This document shows, one piece after another, positions 59,166-64,000 of a DNA stretch of 64,000 nt (within the stretch, counting starts at the first letter, position 1; every line of letters begins with the position of its first letter). The stretch lies in the NCBI GenBank assembly GCA_965112155.1, contig OZ218099.1. One strand, 5' to 3'. Made by a program: the position numbers and the translations under genes. The notes under the pieces were generated by a model. That model worked only from the letters and a program-made list of their open reading frames with translations, was not told where the DNA came from and searched no databases. Source of the DNA: Podarcis liolepis. Taxonomy: Eukaryota.

Positions 59166-61409
59166 CTTTAAAGCAAATGATGGAGCTAAACGTCCCCTAC
59201 TGAGTTCCAAGTTACTGAAGACTTGATAGCCCCAATCGCAATTTTGTGGGCGGTTGCTTCACTTCATGGCACTCTGATCTGTATAGTTCTAGGATTAACA
59301 CAACTCACAGGCTGAAGTGCTAGCAAATCTTTCAGGGCTGGTATACTCTGAACAGCTTCTGACAAGCCCGCACAACGGAAGATGCGTATGTTGGGCCTTC
59401 AAAGCTGCGCTGCTCTCCCTTGTGCAGATACGCTCCACTCCCTGCCAGCTCTGGCGTTGCAGCACTTGTGGTTATTAGGAGACTGGAGCTGCCAGAGCCC
59501 TGCCAGCACCTCCTTCCCTGAGATGCAGAGGCCAGCATCAACAGAGCCCAAAAATTACATCTCTTGTGGCTTAAAGACAAGCTGAGCCAGAGGACATGGG
59601 GAAAGACACCAGAGGGCAGATGGAGGACACAGGAAGAACACACACACACACACACACACAATCCCACAAACAACAGAAGAGATTGGTAGAAAAATATATA
59701 CATCCCTGTGCTCTCGCCCTGCCCAGAAAGGGCAATAGGGAAATCCAGAATTTACAGGGAGCACAGATATTTGGGGAGGGGGGGAGGAATGAGACAGAAC
59801 AAACCTTCCTCAGTTCCCAATTAGCTCCATTCTGTGCTGAATCCAGGCAGCTGAGTCAGCCAGACGCAGCAAAACAACTCATCATTGTTATCTAGCCTCA
59901 GCTCAGCCTCCCACCTCAAAGCGTTGGAAGCCAGTCATTAATTAATCATTGTTTAGGGGTTTGGCTGTGCTCTGCCGAAGGAGAAACTGAGGCACAGATT
60001 GCTGCGGTGCGGCCCAGCACTCTCATCAAGGTCTCACGCAGTCAGCAGAAGGAGGGAGACTCCAGGGTCACAGCGCTGCCTGCTCCCTCTTATCACATGC
60101 TCACCGTAGCTCTGCAGGCTTTGCTGAAAGTGTCAGTATTTGCAGTCCACTTAAGGCTGGGTGCAAGCCTTTATGGAGAGATCCTTTACCTGCAAATGTG
60201 CTGCCCCCTCCGCCACCCACCAAGCAACTTCTACCCCACGAGGCTTTTAAGACAGCCTTTGCCAACTTGTGCCTTCCAGGTGTTTTGGAAGACAACTCAC
60301 ATCAACTCCAGCCATCACAGCTTAAGGGAATCCTACCACATAGGTCCTGGTGCTAATGGATAGTCAAATGAAACATTTGCTGAAGAACACAAAACATCAT
60401 ATTTCTTGGGGCTGGAGAATTAAAAGAGCCCCCTCATTTTATTTTATTTTTTAAAAACCCACAACACACCATCATTCTGTTCCCCGCTTCCACAAAACAT
60501 GAAGGTGTTAAAAGCGTATTTGCCACTCCAATATTCCAATAAGGAATCCATGCTCTCGAAATCGTAATCCACTAGCAATAAGTTAAAGCTGCCAATAAGG
60601 CCCACAGCGTCACCACTGTGAATCAGGCTACCGCAAAGAAAAATAAGCTTGTGGTTTAGGATGTAACCCTAAATACAATTTACCTGGGAGTGAGTCCCAT
60701 TTTTAACTCAGTGGGACTTGCATAGGATTGCACCGTAAGGGAGAACAGTCAATGTCCCATTGGAATCAACACTGACTTCTTTTTATTAATCTGGATTATA
60801 CCTGCATCTGTACCATTATGTACTGTCCTATGTATTCTGAACTAAATACATTTGTGAACTATTGTGTAAGATGCCTGATGTGGATGATCAAGTGAAGATC
60901 ACATATTTGCTGTCTGGATCCAGTAAGTTCATGAGTTGCAAGATTCGCGGTTGCAGCCCCAAAACTGAGAACGTTCATCAATATGGTGGACTGTAAAGAC
61001 TGATAGGTAATGTAACATAGAAACTTATATACATTAAAATTCAGACCTACACAAATATGTATAACTCGGTTATCACTATTTTAAAGGGTATCTATACATA
61101 TTCTATGCACAGCATGCATATAATACTCCCCCCCCTTTTTGGTTGCAATGACCAGGATGGTCACAACAACAAATAAACTTTGACTTGATACCCAACATTC
61201 CCGCCCCCAAACACGCAATGCAATGCAATCTCATTCAGCTATTAAAGGTAAACCCCATTGAGTTCAATGCTTCTTCCTCCCAGGTAAGTAAGTATAGGAT
61301 TGCAGTTGCAATTTCATTAAAAGAGAATATGGGGGGGGGGGGGGCTAACTTGCCAGGAAGCCAGGTCATCTGCCAGTTGCTGGATCCTGCTTCTGGGTTT
61401 CTGCAAAGG

Positions 61410-61480
61410 GATCTGTAAGACCAGGATGCTGGACTAGACAGGCCATTGGCTTGATCCATCAGGCTTTTCTAATGTTCTTA
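61410..61480 (+). mobile_element. CR1-type/SINE 3' tail fragment
   Basis: gatgctggactagacaggccattggcttgatccatcaggcttttctaatgttctta. Confidence 0.55.
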
Positions 61481-62666
61481 CAAGCCCCCACCCTTAATGC
61501 TGACTAAGTGGTGGCAGACTGTGGCTTCAGTTATGAGGAAAAGACACTCTATGCACACACAAACGTGCCTCTCTTTATTTCATCTCATATTTCGGGACAA
61601 CCGTGCTGTTGAAAATAAAGGTCAATAGCACAAAAATCCCAGCTCTTAGGCTTAAAATACGATAATTTACAGCCCAAGTCTTTTGGACAGACATGCCATC
61701 CAGAGCAATGTTCTCTGGAGATGCAGCACATTCTGGAGTCTTGGTGCTAATGGCAAACAACACAACGTACCCCCAGTCATTCAGACATCACACAGATACA
61801 AGGGCACTGTCCTTGTAGGAGGAACACCGAGCCAGTGCCGAGTTCCTAGCTGCACAGGGTTCCTAGCTGTGGGTGGGAAAACAAGGGATATCCAGCCATT
61901 TTAGGAATACACGCCTACATGATGTCACCATCCAAATACTTCCTCTCCCATGCAGATAATGTAGTTCTAGCCATGAAAACACAGTGGCTCATCTTCCAGC
62001 CTGGGGCCATTCACCACTTGCCACTAATAATCCCAGTCTGCCCAGCACCTCCAGAACCAGACTCCCTGCAGGGGGTGCTGGGATGAACCAGACAGGCCCA
62101 TTAAAGCAAAAGCAGCCAGCACTCAGATCCCTTTTAACCCAATGAGTGAAGCAAGAGAAATTTGCCTGTCTCCTTTGCTGGAGGCAAAAGTAGGTTATGG
62201 AGTGAGTTGCAGAAATCTTCCTGTGTTCTCTAGCTTAGGGTGGGGGATGGAGCAGCTCTGAGAGGCTGGCTGGCTGGCAGAGGGAAACACAAAACAGATG
62301 CAGGAGAAAACCCCATCACTTCTCTCCCCCCCCCATACACAAATATATGCCTGTCCATGCTGTGACTCAAAAGTGTGACATGTTTGCATGGAGACGTGAC
62401 GCCTGTTTGCCAACACTTGTCTGTGATAACATATTTAGATCTGCACAAGAATGGTGTTTATCTTATCTTTTCCTGCTAGATTCAAGAGATCGCCCTGCAG
62501 GTTGCCAGTTCCAGAAAGAATTAAGCAAGTGAATAATTGCTTCAGAACTCGCAAGCCATTCTTTCCCAGTGCCCCCATGGCGATAATAACACTGGTCTAC
62601 CATGCTGGACTGTTGTAAGGATTGCTGAGAACCAGGCAATATATGCAGTAGGTAAGAACACTGAAA

Positions 62667-63021
62667 GGGATGCGGGTGGCGCTGTGGGTTAAACCACAGA
62701 GCCTAGGACTTGCCGATCTGAAGGTCGGCGGTTCGAATCCCCGTGACGGGGTGAGATCCCGTTGTTCGGTCCTTGCTCCTGCCAACTATCAGTTCGAAAG
62801 CACATCAAAGTGCAAGTAGATAAATAGGTACCACTCCAGCGGGAAGGTAAACGGCGTTTCCGTGCGCTGCTCTGGTTCACCAGAAGCGGCTTAGTCATGC
62901 TGGCCACATGGCCCGGAAGCTGTATGCTGGCTCCCTCGGGCAATAAAGCGAGATGAGCGCCGCAACCCCAGAGTTGGCCACGACTGGACCTAATGGTCAG
63001 GGGTCCCTTTACCTTTACCTT
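62667..63021 (+). mobile_element. Sauria SINE, full length
   Basis: Same head and body as the 49865 copy, (accttt)n tail; degenerate TSD taagaacactgaa / taaggatactgaa. Confidence 0.92.
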
Positions 63022-64000
63022 TAAGGATACTGAACCCTGGGTTCAAGTCCTTAGCCATCAAGTTTGTTGGCTAAACTTGGGCTAAGTTTCTATCAAACTG
63101 ACTTTACATGGTTGTTGTGATGATAAAATTGGTTACCGGCATGCACAATCCCACAGCATTTTAGAGGGAAGGCAGGAGGCAAATAAGATAAATTTAAGCT
63201 GATATATAACACAGAGGACGCATCGTTTCTTCTCCAGAAAGGATACTTGGAGTTGTAAAGCAGACAGGACTTAATCTCCTCGCTTTGCTTTATTTAGTTG
63301 CCACTCTAGATTCCATCAGATCTGTATCCAGGAATCCTAAACTTATTTGCAATCTCTCTCTGGAATACCTGATCACAAGAAAAACACCTGGTTCACCACA
63401 TACCTTTCCATGTGGTACATAATATGGCCGAGACATGGTCCTTGCACAGAGACATGGTCCTTGCACCTGGAAATGCAGAGACAGTGTAGGATAGCCAAAT
63501 ATTGCAAGTGCAGACCCCAAAGCAGCCACTGTACCAGTGATTATGATGGGCTGCAGTGCGGATCCTCCTAAGGGTCAATTTATACATTATACACAGACAA
63601 GATTAAACCAACCCATCCTTCTATATGAACACTGGTGTGGACACAACCTACAGAGGAAGTGAAACAAAGGTGACGTGAAGAAGTATGGAGGAGGAATAAG
63701 GAAAAACATGGGGTTTTGAGACAATGAATCAAAATCCAAGCAGGGAATTAATGCCAGAAGAAAGGATTAAACTTGTGCAAACCAGCCCCTAACTGCTGAG
63801 TCCTTCCTGGAAGCTCCAGATTTTGGACATCAAGAGGCTCATGGGTAACATAACAGGTCTTTTTGTGCCTCCATCTTTTCTATCACCTTCAGAGCTGCAC
63901 ACCTGTTTCTGAGGATTGAGAGACAAGAGCCCTTTTCACCAGGGCCAGCCATTTCTTTTCCTGTCCGCAGCGTATGTTGTAAACCGGGCCCCTGAATAAT

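Noticed and set aside
63430-63466. Tandem duplication of gagacatggtccttgcac
   Set aside because: Simple local slippage duplication with no functional indication
55900-64000. ATP5F1B or its intronic snoRNAs, expected upstream of BAZ2A from mammalian synteny
   Set aside because: No ATP synthase beta peptide or convincing C/D box pair seen; presumably outside the window

Overview
Vertebrate genomic DNA from a squamate reptile, most likely a lacertid lizard, judged from Sauria SINEs, a Bov-B 3' end, tRNA-Ile/CR1-tail SINEs and Penelope relics. The window is dominated by a complete, intact BAZ2A (TIP5, large subunit of NoRC) gene on the minus strand. It has a CpG-island promoter and non-coding exon 1 near 54.6-55 kb. 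I traced 28 coding exons by hand from ATG 47023 to TGA 15580; all are GT-AG with consistent phases, totalling 5283 nt (1760 aa). Domains are TAM/MBD, AT-hooks, DDT, WHIM, PHD and bromodomain, followed by a ~4.1 kb 3'UTR. Positions 1-~9230 look like the long, nearly TE-free 3'UTR of a convergent + strand gene, expected to be RBMS2 by synteny (not provable here). Introns and flanks carry many TA-flanked Tc1/mariner-pogo MITEs, hAT MITEs, SINEs and LINE relics. Most notable observations: (1) a direct-repeat-flanked 81-bp-arm Penelope-type hairpin with two intact minimal hammerhead ribozyme motifs on opposite strands; (2) apparent loss of BAZ2A AT-hook 3 through CGG>TGG CpG decay; (3) a uORF ending in a start-stop (ATGTGA) element 26 nt before the BAZ2A start codon. 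No convincing novel protein-coding system was found; most ORFs in the track are spurious.
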